Positions 27,382-36,859 of a stretch of 58,950 nt of DNA are shown here, one piece after another. This DNA is from Verrucomicrobiales bacterium (GTDB lineage Bacteria; Verrucomicrobiota; Verrucomicrobiia; Limisphaerales; UBA9464): NCBI GenBank assembly GCA_005793375.1, contig SXSK01000417.1, positions 1 to 58,950 on the forward strand, in the 5' to 3' direction. Position 1 is the stretch's first letter. Every line of letters begins with the position of its first letter. Both the position numbers and the translations under genes were made by a program. The notes under the pieces were generated by a model that saw only the letters and a program-made list of their open reading frames with translations, was not told the DNA's origin and searched no databases.

Positions 27382-28384
27382 GTTTCTCCAATTCACTGAC
27401 CCGCCGCAGCAACTCGGGCAGCCGTTCCATGGCGAGCAGCATCCGTTTAGTGACTCGGTCTGGTTGCGCCGGCGAGCCCATCCACTTTTGACCTTCAGGG
27501 ATATGATGCATGACCCCGGATTGTGCCGCGACGGTGACCCGATCGCCGAGACGCAGGTGCCCTGCCAATCCGACCTGACCTGCCAGTGTCACGTAATTGC
27601 CAAGCTTGGTGCTCCCCGCGATACCGACTTGCGCCACGACGATGCAGTGTTCACCTATCGACACGTTGTGGGCAATTTGTACCAAGTTGTCGATCTTGGT
27701 GCCCTTGCCAATCACGGTCGCACCCAAGGCTGCTCGATCGATGGTGACGTTGGCACCGATCTCCACATCGTCGTGAATGATCACATGACCAACCTGTGGA
27801 ATTTTTCGGTGCATGCCTTGGTCAAACACGTAGCCGAAACCATCGGAACCAACAACGGTTCCTGCGTGGATACGAATACGGCGTCCGAGCTGAGTGCGGG
27901 GGTACAAGGTGACATTGGGAAACAGTCGGCACTGGTCGCCAATCTGGCAGTCCTCACCCACATACACCCTCGCTTGGAGGACCACACCCGGGCCAATCTT
28001 GGCCCGATCGCCAACGACACAGCCAGGGCCGACATGTGCCGAAGGTTCCACGCTCGCCGACGGCGAGACAACTGCCGATGGATGCACTCCCGGAGAGAAA
28101 ACAGGATCGGGGAAGTACAAGGGAAGGATTTGTGCAAAACCCAGGCGCGCGTTCGGGATCCGAACAAGCGTTTTGCCAGTCAGGCTCTTAAAATCTTCCT
28201 CCACCAGTATCCCCGCGGCCGCGCTCTGGTCGGCTCGCGAGAAATAAGCGCTGTTTTCCGCGAAGGTAAGGTCACCCTGCTTGGCGCTATCTGCAGGCGC
28301 AAAACCGGTCAAGATCAACTCGGAATCTCCAATGACCTGCCCCCCGAGTTTGGTGGCGATCTGGGCAGCAGTGAACGTGGGCAT
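27362..28384 (-). CDS. lpxD: UDP-3-O-(3-hydroxymyristoyl)glucosamine N-acyltransferase
   Basis: Hexapeptide repeats; GSDGFGY, KIPQVG, IDR, KIDNLVQIAHNV, GSPA. Confidence 0.96.
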   Translation of the reverse strand: MPTFTAAQIATKLGGQVIGDSELILTGFAPADSAKQGDLTFAENSAYFSRADQSAAAGILVEEDFKSLTGKTLVRIPNARLGFAQILPLYFPDPVFSPGVHPSAVVSPSASVEPSAHVGPGCVVGDRAKIGPGVVLQARVYVGEDCQIGDQCRLFPNVTLYPRTQLGRRIRIHAGTVVGSDGFGYVFDQGMHRKIPQVGHVIIHDDVEIGANVTIDRAALGATVIGKGTKIDNLVQIAHNVSIGEHCIVVAQVGIAGSTKLGNYVTLAGQVGLAGHLRLGDRVTVAAQSGVMHHIPEGQKWMGSPAQPDRVTKRMLLAMERLPELLRRVSELEKRDLPKP

Positions 28385-28390
28385 GACAGG

Positions 28391-28753
28391 TCAGATTCCG
28401 CGAGAGTTGACAATTCGATTGTGGGTATCCAAGACGATCACCCGAGGCTGCCATCCCGTGGCACACTCGGATTCAATTTCGGTAAAGGACATGATGGTAA
28501 TGCGATCCCCGACCTTGCCGAGGTGCGCGACAGCGCCGTTCAATTCAATCGCCCCCGAACCCTTGGGGCCGGCAATGACGTAAGTTTCCCAACGGGCACC
28601 ATTGGTCATGTTGGAACAAAGGATGCGCTCATCTGGGAATAATGCAGCCTCCTCAATCAGATCCTCGGCTATGGTGAGGGAACCTTCGTAGTCAACGCTG
28701 GCAGCGGTGACTTGCGCCCGATGAATTTTCGACTTTAAAAGATGGACAATCAT
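28391..28753 (-). CDS. panD: Aspartate 1-decarboxylase
   Basis: LKSKIHRA, YEG/SLTI cleavage site, NGARWETY, LNGA; start MIVHLL. Confidence 0.96.
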   Translation of the reverse strand: MIVHLLKSKIHRAQVTAASVDYEGSLTIAEDLIEEAALFPDERILCSNMTNGARWETYVIAGPKGSGAIELNGAVAHLGKVGDRITIMSFTEIESECATGWQPRVIVLDTHNRIVNSRGI

Positions 28754-28952
28754 GTGACTGGCTCGCTGACGACGCTCGATGTCGCCGGTCTGGCGGGCCA
28801 AAACCCGCGCGTTCCAAATCTTCCGACAAAAAGACGGACGGATTTATAGACACTAGACGCAAAGGCACAATGCTGGTTTTCCCAAAGTCGGCTTTCATCA
28901 AAAAACACCATCAGATGACCGAAACAACCAAATTACGGATTCGACTCGCCCC

Positions 28953-28981
28953 TTGACCAAACTGGCGTCTGCGACTATAAG
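28953..28981 (+). promoter_or_regulatory. Putative sigma70 promoter of the HU/IHF gene
   Basis: TTGACC-N17-TATAAG about 46 nt upstream of the ATG. Confidence 0.5.
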
Positions 28982-29027
28982 GCTACAGACTGAAATATTG
29001 CCGTAACCTCAACCATCCAACAGAGTT

Positions 29028-29372
29028 ATGACGAAACGCGACCTCGTTGTGCGTATTAGTGAAGAGACTGGACTAATCCAAGAGCAAGTGCTCTCCGTAG
29101 TCCAACGCACGCTCGATTACATTAGTGAGGCGCTTGCAAAAGGCGAGACCATCGAACTTCGAAACTTCGGTGTGTTTGAAATGAAAATCCGCAAGGCCCG
29201 CATCGGACGCAATCCAAATTCGCCTGAAAAGGACGTTCCTATCCCTCCCAGAGCCATTGTTAAGTTTAAGCCAGGCAAAGAGATGCGTGATGCCGTACTT
29301 CGTCTGACACCGGGACAACCCGGGCCGTCGGCGAGTGGCCTGGCATCTCCCGCAGCCCCGGTCAAGGCCTGA
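29028..29372 (+). CDS. HU/IHF family DNA-binding protein
   Basis: MTKRDLV, ELRNFGVF, GRNP, FKPGK; Pro/Ala tail. Confidence 0.95.
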   Translation: MTKRDLVVRISEETGLIQEQVLSVVQRTLDYISEALAKGETIELRNFGVFEMKIRKARIGRNPNSPEKDVPIPPRAIVKFKPGKEMRDAVLRLTPGQPGPSASGLASPAAPVKA

Positions 29373-29539
29373 TCCGCCGGCTGCCTGCCCAACCCTGTGC
29401 AGGCGGTGCCGGTGCAGATATTTCATCTCGTCACTGAGATGAATCCGCAGATTGTGTGCCCCGCGTTTTGTCGATCTGCGATCCTAAATACTTAGCGGGC
29501 ATTTACCCAGCTCACCCGGTCTGATAGGCTCACCGGCCT

Positions 29540-30796
29540 ATGGAACGTCTGACTGGGTTTCGTGATTTTTACCCCGAGCCAGTTCCGGCCAATGAGCCGT
29601 GGAGCTGCGATTTGCGCCAGCATATTTTCGGTTGCTGGCGTCGAACCGCACGCAATTACGGCTTCCGGGAATACGATGGTCCTCCTCTAGAACCCCTCGA
29701 GCTCTACACCAACAAATCTGGAGCCGAGATCGTCGCCCAGTTGTTCAATTTCGTTGACAAAGGAGACCGCGCTGTCTCGTTGCGCCCAGAAATGACACCG
29801 ACGGTTGCGCGCATGGTGGCGACATCCGAACGTGCGTTCAAAAAGCCGATCAAGTGGTTCTCCCTGCCCCAGTTATTCCGCTACGAAAAACCTCAGAAGG
29901 GGCGTCTGCGCGAACACTTTCAGCTGAACTGCGACATTTTCGGAGAAGCCGATGTCAGTGCCGATGCCGAAATCGTCGCCTTGCTGATCGATGTTTTGCG
30001 TTCCTTGGGTTTGACCGCTGAAGACTTCGTCGTTCGGCTCAGCAGTCGGCAAGCATGGCAACGCTTCTTTATTTCCCGTGGCGGCAACCCGGAGCAGGCG
30101 TACGAGTTCTTCCAGATCGTGGACAAGATCGAACGTGAGAAGCCAGAAGTCAGCACCCAAAAACTAGCCGCTCTCGGCATCGCATTGACGGAGGTCCAGG
30201 GCTTCATCAACTCGAGCGTTCCCGAGCCCGAGTTGCAGTCGGTACTCGACAACCTCGAAGCCCGTGGCTTGAAGGCCTTCGTGAAGGTGGACTACGGCGT
30301 CATTCGGGGACTCGCATATTACACCGGGGTCGTTTTCGAAGCGTTCGACACCAAGGGCGAACTTCGCGCCATCGCCGGCGGCGGGCGCTACGACCAACTC
30401 ATTCACCAGGTCAGCGAGGGCAAAGTGAATCTACCAGCCCTTGGTTTCGGCATGGGAGACGTGGTTTTAGCTGAGCTCCTCAAAGCCCGCCAACTTGTCC
30501 CCAGTTTCGCCAGCACCATCGACACGGTCGTGCTCATTGAGGACGAATCGCTTCGGCTTCAGTCCTTAGGTCTCGTTCAACAACTACGCGACGCCGACTC
30601 TCCTGCCGATTATACATTCACGCCCGCCAAATCCGACAGGCAATTTAAGAAAGCGCTCGAACTCGGCGCGGCCCGTACCGTCCGCCTGGAACGTCTCTCC
30701 GATGGGACCATTCAGGTTCGCATCAAAAACCTGAAGACCCGAGAAGAAGCCATCCGTCCATATGACGGTAGCCCCGCGTGGTTCGCCGGAGGTTGA
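29540..30796 (+). CDS. hisS: Histidine--tRNA ligase
   Basis: LRPEMT, FRYEKPQKGRLREHFQ, RGLAYYTG, GGGRYD, C-terminal anticodon-binding domain. Confidence 0.93.
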   Translation: MERLTGFRDFYPEPVPANEPWSCDLRQHIFGCWRRTARNYGFREYDGPPLEPLELYTNKSGAEIVAQLFNFVDKGDRAVSLRPEMTPTVARMVATSERAFKKPIKWFSLPQLFRYEKPQKGRLREHFQLNCDIFGEADVSADAEIVALLIDVLRSLGLTAEDFVVRLSSRQAWQRFFISRGGNPEQAYEFFQIVDKIEREKPEVSTQKLAALGIALTEVQGFINSSVPEPELQSVLDNLEARGLKAFVKVDYGVIRGLAYYTGVVFEAFDTKGELRAIAGGGRYDQLIHQVSEGKVNLPALGFGMGDVVLAELLKARQLVPSFASTIDTVVLIEDESLRLQSLGLVQQLRDADSPADYTFTPAKSDRQFKKALELGAARTVRLERLSDGTIQVRIKNLKTREEAIRPYDGSPAWFAGG

Positions 30797-30800
30797 GTCG

Positions 30801-31535
30801 TTAGAGATGCCGGATATGGCTGCGGTATTTTTCCAAGAGGCGATCGTTGTGGTCGTCTCCTTTTGTATTGCTGCTGATGAACACTTCAGGCTTCGTGCCC
30901 GCTTGAACGGCGTCTTCAATGGCCTGAACCACAATCAAATTGATAATCAACATTCCGGTAATGCTGGAGGGGGGCCCGATGCGGAAGTCGAAACTGGGTA
31001 TCTGAATTGCCGCATCCCCATCCAAACCACAGTTGTCGATGACCAAATCCGCCACTTCAAACAGGCGCTTGCCCGAACTGTGACGTGATGGCCAGTTGCG
31101 GCTTTGGTTGAGGTTGGTTAGCGCCACCGTGCGCACCCCCAACTCACGAACCTTCAACACCATCTCGATGGGTACAGCGTTCCGCCCGCCATTTGAAGCC
31201 ACCAACAACACATCGCCCTCGGCTAGGGGATAGTTCGCCAGAATTCGCGCCGCATAACCCGACTCACGCTCCAGGTAAGTTGCTTCAATGGCATGGTCGT
31301 GGAGCATCAGTTTGTCCTCCAAGATCGGAGCGCCGCGAGCCAACCCCCCGGCACGATAAAATATTTCCTCCGCCACCATATGGGAATGGCCGGTGCCAAA
31401 CGCCCAAAAGAACCGGTCGCCTTGGAGGGCTTTTGAGACCCATCGAGCCGCATTTTCTATGGCGCCACGCTGAGTCGTCTCGACCAAAGCCATCTGTCGA
31501 TGGACTTCCCCAACAAACAAGTCGTAAGCAGACAT
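30801..31535 (-). CDS. SIS (sugar isomerase) domain protein, UPF0309-like
   Basis: FGTGHSHMVAEEIFYRAGGL, SNGGRNAVPIEM, SRHSSGKRL. Confidence 0.9.
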   Translation of the reverse strand: MSAYDLFVGEVHRQMALVETTQRGAIENAARWVSKALQGDRFFWAFGTGHSHMVAEEIFYRAGGLARGAPILEDKLMLHDHAIEATYLERESGYAARILANYPLAEGDVLLVASNGGRNAVPIEMVLKVRELGVRTVALTNLNQSRNWPSRHSSGKRLFEVADLVIDNCGLDGDAAIQIPSFDFRIGPPSSITGMLIINLIVVQAIEDAVQAGTKPEVFISSNTKGDDHNDRLLEKYRSHIRHL

Positions 31536-31655
31536 GGGCGGACTCCACCAAAAAGCCTCGCCCGGTGCACGCCTGAATCGCACGAAACCGTCACCATTCG
31601 AAGTAGTCCCGCACAAATGCCAAACCGAATGGGACGAAGTAAATTCGATTCGTGT

Positions 31656-32321
31656 TCATGCGGTTGCCTTCTCCTTCTTGCGCCACTGGCCTTCTCGACG
31701 TGCCGTCTCCTGACGGAGCAATTCTTCGGCAGACCAACCGTGAATTTGACACACTTGAGCGATTTCAAATAATTGTTTCGCGAGGGTCCGACGCGGAACA
31801 CGCTGCGGCTTAATCGGTGCTTCTAAACCAGCTTTCATCGCCTTCTTCACCACCTTTTGTGCACGCATCAGCCCTGGCAAATGACGGGGCACACCGTCCA
31901 ACGCCGAGGATCGCTCGCGATGAGTCCCCGCTTTCTCGGCGCGTTTGATCTTCTCCCAATTCGCCCAGACTTGATCGATGCTCCTGACACAAGCATCACC
32001 AAACACGTGGGGATGGCGCCGCACCAACTTATCAACAAGCGTCTGGCAAACTTGGTTAAAATCAAAGACTCCCCGTTCCTTTGCCAACTGGCTATGGAAC
32101 ACCACTTGCAACAGCAGATCTCCCAATTCCTCCAACATCTCGCCCTCGTCTCCTGCTTCAATGGCATCCAGCAGTTCGTACACCTCCTCCACCGCGTGGT
32201 AACGAAGCGTTTTATGATCTTGTTCCCGATCCCATGGACACCCGTCCGGCGCACGCAACGCGGTCATAACTTCCAGGACTTGTCGAATCGGGGCTAGTTT
32301 GCGAGATGGCGGAGCGCGCAT
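31656..32321 (-). CDS. mazG: MazG-family nucleoside triphosphate pyrophosphohydrolase (short form)
   Basis: LRAPDGCPWDREQ, EEVYE, EELGDLLLQVVFH, KLVRRHPHVF. Confidence 0.93.
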   Translation of the reverse strand: MRAPPSRKLAPIRQVLEVMTALRAPDGCPWDREQDHKTLRYHAVEEVYELLDAIEAGDEGEMLEELGDLLLQVVFHSQLAKERGVFDFNQVCQTLVDKLVRRHPHVFGDACVRSIDQVWANWEKIKRAEKAGTHRERSSALDGVPRHLPGLMRAQKVVKKAMKAGLEAPIKPQRVPRRTLAKQLFEIAQVCQIHGWSAEELLRQETARREGQWRKKEKATA

Positions 32322-32458
32322 GTGCGGAAACCTTGCCCCAGCTGAAAGGAAAACCGAAATTCAAAATGGAGGGGCAAGACGCCGTGGCAGGCGGAAACGG
32401 CAACACCCAAGAGCTCCATGGCCTCCTGCTCGCCAAAGCATGTCCCGATATGCCGGTC

Positions 32459-33532
32459 TCAAAGGATCACCAAGTCATCCCGGTTGATCACTTCAGGAGG
32501 TGTACTCAGGAGGCTTCGAAGTTCCGCCGCGCTGGTGTGAATTTGACCCCGCGCAAATTCCATCCCTGTGTCGTCGCAAATAGAAATCACGTCCTCGGGC
32601 CCAAACTCACCTTCGACCTTGACCACACCTTTAAGCAACAGACTTCCTTTCGAATCGAGCAAGGCCTGGCGGGCCCCCGAGTCGACGCAGACTTTGCCGC
32701 GGACATGATTGAAGAAGGCAACCCATCGCTTATGCCCTTTGAGTTTGTCGCGTCGCGGGAGGAATAAGGTGCCCTCGTCTTGTCCGCCGATCACTCGCGA
32801 CAACACTTCCGGCTTGCGCCCTGAAGCAATCACCAGCGGGATCCCCGCCCGAACCGCCATTCGAGCAGCGAGAATTTTAGTAGTCATGCCGCCCACAGCG
32901 GTGGCACTGGTGGTTCCACCGGCCATTTTTTCCACACTCGAATCGATACGCTCAATGAGGGGTAGGACTCGGGCGTCCGGTTGACCGTAATTCTCGATCA
33001 CGCCATCAACGGTCGTCAGGATCACCAACAGATCCGCTGGCAAAAGGCAGGCGACCAATGCCGACAACCGATCGTTGTCGCCGAACTTGAGTTCCGTGAC
33101 GGAAACGACGTCGTTCTCATTGATGATGGGCACGACTCCCTGCCGGAGCAGTGTGAGCAACGTTTCCCGGGCGTTCCGATGGCGGACCCGATCTTCGAGA
33201 TCCTCGTGCGTGAGTAGGATCTGAGCAACGGCGAGTTGGTGTTTGGCGAAGAGCTTTTCATAGAGGCTCATCAGGCGTGACTGCCCAACCGCAGCACAAG
33301 CTTGTAGCGCGGCAACCTCCCGTGGTCGTTGTTCAAATCCAAGGGCACCCATGCCAGCACCCACGGCGCCGGATGTCACCATGACAACTTCCCGGCCCTG
33401 CCGTCGAAGCGCTGCGACTTGTCCCACCAATTGAGTAAACTGGGCCGGATCCGGACGCTTTTGCGCGTCGGTCAAGACACCCGTTCCGAGTTTGATCACC
33501 AACCGTTTCGTATTGCCAAATTCCCTGCGCAC
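32459..33532 (-). CDS. proB: Glutamate 5-kinase
   Basis: VIKLGT, VTSGAV, PIINEND, FGDNDRL, GGMTTK, PUA domain. Confidence 0.96.
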   Translation of the reverse strand: MRREFGNTKRLVIKLGTGVLTDAQKRPDPAQFTQLVGQVAALRRQGREVVMVTSGAVGAGMGALGFEQRPREVAALQACAAVGQSRLMSLYEKLFAKHQLAVAQILLTHEDLEDRVRHRNARETLLTLLRQGVVPIINENDVVSVTELKFGDNDRLSALVACLLPADLLVILTTVDGVIENYGQPDARVLPLIERIDSSVEKMAGGTTSATAVGGMTTKILAARMAVRAGIPLVIASGRKPEVLSRVIGGQDEGTLFLPRRDKLKGHKRWVAFFNHVRGKVCVDSGARQALLDSKGSLLLKGVVKVEGEFGPEDVISICDDTGMEFARGQIHTSAAELRSLLSTPPEVINRDDLVIL

Positions 33533-33692
33533 AATGAGTAGGGTTCGGAAAAGACCATTCAGGAAGAAGCAAAAAAGCGGGAAGATTCAGGTCAAACATT
33601 CCAAATGACTCCATCCCCCTGAACCTTCGCGACCCATCCAGTTGGATGTTCCTGCCCTTATGGGGGGTAGGTTGCCCGGGTGATGCTATCGA

Positions 33693-34091
33693 TTAAGACA
33701 TCACCGCGACGACCTCGATTTCGACCGAGGAAGCACGAGGGAGAGCCGCGACTTGAACGGTGGAGCGCGCTGGGAATGGAGCTGGGAAGTATTCGGCGTA
33801 CACCTCATTCATCCCCTGAAACTCGGCGAGATTGGTCATAAACACCGTGCTCTTAACGACATGTCGGAAATCCAACTGCTGGCTCTGCAGGATGAGCTTC
33901 ACATTTTCAAGGACGCGGCGGGTTTGCGCTTTGATATCGCCCGCCACCGGGCCGCCGGGATTTGCCGGATCGATAGGAACCTGCCCGGAACAGAATAATA
34001 AGGAGCCAGATCGAATGGCATGGCTATATGGGCCTAGTGGCGGAACCGCTCCGGCGGGATTTACTGCTTCTTTCATGGGAGTTGTCGTCAT
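33693..34091 (-). CDS. ridA: RidA/YjgF enamine-imine deaminase
   Basis: GPYSHA, SGQ, VVK, MNEVY, PARST, VEIE. Confidence 0.92.
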   Translation of the reverse strand: MTTTPMKEAVNPAGAVPPLGPYSHAIRSGSLLFCSGQVPIDPANPGGPVAGDIKAQTRRVLENVKLILQSQQLDFRHVVKSTVFMTNLAEFQGMNEVYAEYFPAPFPARSTVQVAALPRASSVEIEVVAVMS

Positions 34092-34126
34092 TGAATTTGT
34101 GAGAAAGTGGGTGGTGGTTCGTCGAC

Positions 34127-34327
34127 CTATTTCCGTTCATCGAGCCAGGTCATCTGAATGTTTTCCAAAACCTTTTCGTTTGAATTTTCGGGCTTGTCAC
34201 CGAAGTCCTCCAACTCACAAACCATCTTATGCAATTTGGGGAAACTCAATTTCAGGGGATCCTGGTCCGGAAATTTGTCCACCAAAGCCCAAGCGATTTC
34301 ATCGCAATCTTTCCAGGTCAGTTTCAT
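34127..34327 (-). CDS. iscX: Fe-S cluster assembly protein IscX
   Basis: 66 aa MKLTWKD..EIA.AL..KFPDQDP..LSF..LH..V..LEDF.D.P..SNEKVLE.IQM.WLDE matches the IscX/YfhJ pattern. Confidence 0.9.
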   Translation of the reverse strand: MKLTWKDCDEIAWALVDKFPDQDPLKLSFPKLHKMVCELEDFGDKPENSNEKVLENIQMTWLDERK

Positions 34328-34360
34328 GCAAGCCCTAACTTCAACACCGAAACAGGAACG

Positions 34361-35476
34361 TCAAGCCGATCGACGCAAGATGGAGCACACCGCCTTTAGA
34401 AAGGCGTCGGCTTCAGTGTCGCTTCCAACCGTGATCCTCAGGTACTCGGAAACCTCCGGCGCGCTGAACCAACGCACCAGAATCTTTCGATCCCGAAGTC
34501 GCTCCAACCACTCGCTCGCCGGCGGCCCCGGAGGTTTGGCCAGAAGAAAATTGGTTTGGCTGGGCAGGACCGAGAATCCCAGCCCGGTCAATTCGCGTCG
34601 CAATCGCTCTCGAGTCCGTTTCACTCGGCGAAAATTGGCCCGAAAATAAGGCAGGGAATCCAACGCGGCGCAGGCAGCTACCTGCCCCAATCCATTCACG
34701 TTGTAGCTGTCCTTGATCTTCATCAGTGCCGCAATCAGATCCGGATTTCCCACGCCATAACCAATCCGTTGAGAGCAAAGCGAATAAGCCTTGGAAAAGG
34801 TGCGGGTCACGAGCACATGCGGGGACGTCAACGCGAGATCCAAAGCATTTTCATCCGCAAAATCCACATAGGCTTCGTCCAGCAGCACGACCCCCTTCTG
34901 CAACCGACAAAGGGCCTCTAGTTGCGCACGGCTGTAGCCCCGACCACTGGGCGCGTTTGGCGTCGTCACCAACGTCAAGGCAGCACGGGCATCCCATTGC
35001 CCTCCTTTCTTAAGCGCCGAGACCGATGGAAGATCAAAATCCGGTTGCAATGGAACCGGATTTTTGGCGACACCCGCAATGTCGCAAAGCACGGGATACA
35101 GAGAATAAGAGGGCGTAAAAAACTGAACCCGATTGCTCGACCCTGGGACGTCACCCGGCGCTACCGGCTCTGCAAACGTGCGGCAGGCCAAAGCCAACAC
35201 TTCGTCCGAGCCGTTTCCAACAACGATGTTCTCCGGAGAGCATTGATGCAGCACCGCGAGTTTCTCACGCAACCCTTCGGCGGTGGGATTCGGATACAGT
35301 CGCAACCGGCCATCCACTGCAGCGCGCAGCGCTGACAGCACTTTGGGGGACGGCGGATAAGGATTCTCATTCGTGTTCAGCTTGATGAGCCCGCGCACCT
35401 TGGGCTGTTCGCCCGGGACGTAGGCATGTAGCTGATGGATGAGCGGCCGAATCCACCGCGCAGAGCGTTGCGACAT
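34361..35476 (-). CDS. hisC: Histidinol-phosphate aminotransferase
   Basis: YVPGEQP, KLNTNENPY, GNGSDE, DEAYVDF, RTFSKAY, LRITVG; probable start MSQRSA. Confidence 0.94.
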   Translation of the reverse strand: MSQRSARWIRPLIHQLHAYVPGEQPKVRGLIKLNTNENPYPPSPKVLSALRAAVDGRLRLYPNPTAEGLREKLAVLHQCSPENIVVGNGSDEVLALACRTFAEPVAPGDVPGSSNRVQFFTPSYSLYPVLCDIAGVAKNPVPLQPDFDLPSVSALKKGGQWDARAALTLVTTPNAPSGRGYSRAQLEALCRLQKGVVLLDEAYVDFADENALDLALTSPHVLVTRTFSKAYSLCSQRIGYGVGNPDLIAALMKIKDSYNVNGLGQVAACAALDSLPYFRANFRRVKRTRERLRRELTGLGFSVLPSQTNFLLAKPPGPPASEWLERLRDRKILVRWFSAPEVSEYLRITVGSDTEADAFLKAVCSILRRSA

Positions 35477-35564
35477 GGACGGAATGTGACGGGTCCACCC
35501 GCGCTCGTCCAGAATGTGCGGCATTGAGTGTTTGGTTGAATCGTGCACTCTCTCCGTCGTCACC

Positions 35565-36818
35565 ATGTCCACAGTCTGTCACATCATTCGTTTCCTCGGC
35601 GTACTCCTGATAGTTTCAGGAACGATCGAGCCTGCCGGCGCACAATCCCCAACCAAACGTGTCGCCGCCTTGACCACAGTTTATCGCCACAATTCCCACG
35701 CAGACGTCATCGTCAGCCGCCTCTTGCTGACCGACATGCTGGACGGCACCGGCAAGGAATCGCCCCTTAAACTCGTGTCGCTCTACACGGACCAACGGCC
35801 ACCCAACGATATTAGTCGCCTGCTCGCCGCCTCGCACCGGTTCAAAATCTACACCAACATCACGGACACCCTAACCCTCGGGACCGGCAAGCTCGCAGTC
35901 GACGGTGTACTGCTCGTCGCCGAGCACGGCGAGTATCCCAAATCCACCACCGGCAATACGCAGTATCCAAAACGAAGGTTTTGGGATGAAATGATTCAGG
36001 TATTTCGGTCCAGTGGGAAGGTAGTTCCTGTGTTCGTGGACAAACATCTCGCCGATAACTGGGAGGATGCGAAACACATCTATGATTCTGCTAAAAGCCT
36101 GAATATCCCACTCATGGCAGGATCGTCGGTTCCCAGTTCTTGGAGACGGCCGGCCGCCGATGTGGAGCGTGATTCCGCGGTCCAGGAAATCGTCGTCCTC
36201 ACTTTCGGCTCCACCGATCACTACGGATTCCATGCGTTGGAGAGTCTGCAAGCCACCGTCGAACAACGACACGGAGGCGAAACTGGGGTGCGAGCGGTGC
36301 AGTGCCTGACGGGAGACGCCGTTTGGAAGGCTCAGGAAGACAAACGATTCGATCCCGAATTATTCCAGGCGGCCCTCTCCAGAGTGACACGCCACAACCC
36401 GACTCTAACGCTGCGCGATGCCGTGAAAGAGCCCATCCTTTGGCTTGTCGAATACGCCGACGGGCTCCGCGCCGCAGTTCTCGAACTGAACGGGGCTGTC
36501 AGTGAATGGGCTGGAGCCTGGCGCTATCGCGACTCCAAGGAGATTCAATCGACTCAATATTGGACCCAGGAGGCCCGTCCGGCAGCGCACTTCACGCTGC
36601 TTCTCAACGGTGTCGAACGTATGATGCTATCCGGCAGACCGAGTTGGAATGTCGAGCGCACCTTGCTCACCAGTGCACTGCTGGATGCGTTGCTCAAATC
36701 GCGCGCCAACAAAAATTCTCGTCTCGAGACACCCTACCTTAATTTCGGCTATCAGCCCATTTGGCGTTGGTCCCCTCCACCCCCTCCTCCACCCGGCCGC
36801 CCTTGGGGCGAACAATAG
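35565..36818 (+). CDS. Exported conserved hypothetical protein, distantly Gfo/Idh/MocA-like
   Basis: Signal peptide; SHADVI, VDGVLLVAEHGEYP, PVFVDKHL, LMAGSS, YGFHALE; poly-Pro C-terminus. Confidence 0.75.
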   Translation: MSTVCHIIRFLGVLLIVSGTIEPAGAQSPTKRVAALTTVYRHNSHADVIVSRLLLTDMLDGTGKESPLKLVSLYTDQRPPNDISRLLAASHRFKIYTNITDTLTLGTGKLAVDGVLLVAEHGEYPKSTTGNTQYPKRRFWDEMIQVFRSSGKVVPVFVDKHLADNWEDAKHIYDSAKSLNIPLMAGSSVPSSWRRPAADVERDSAVQEIVVLTFGSTDHYGFHALESLQATVEQRHGGETGVRAVQCLTGDAVWKAQEDKRFDPELFQAALSRVTRHNPTLTLRDAVKEPILWLVEYADGLRAAVLELNGAVSEWAGAWRYRDSKEIQSTQYWTQEARPAAHFTLLLNGVERMMLSGRPSWNVERTLLTSALLDALLKSRANKNSRLETPYLNFGYQPIWRWSPPPPPPPGRPWGEQ

Positions 36819-36859
36819 GCTGCCGGTGATCGTCCCACCCTAAACACCCCCACGCTCCC

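Noticed and set aside
27308..28642. 444-aa plus-strand ORF
   Set aside because: Antisense shadow of lpxD/panD with no recognisable motifs
33533..33692. proB leader with GGGGATGGAGTC, reminiscent of a fluoride riboswitch or 6S fragment
   Set aside because: The required complementary segments are missing; no supportable RNA family
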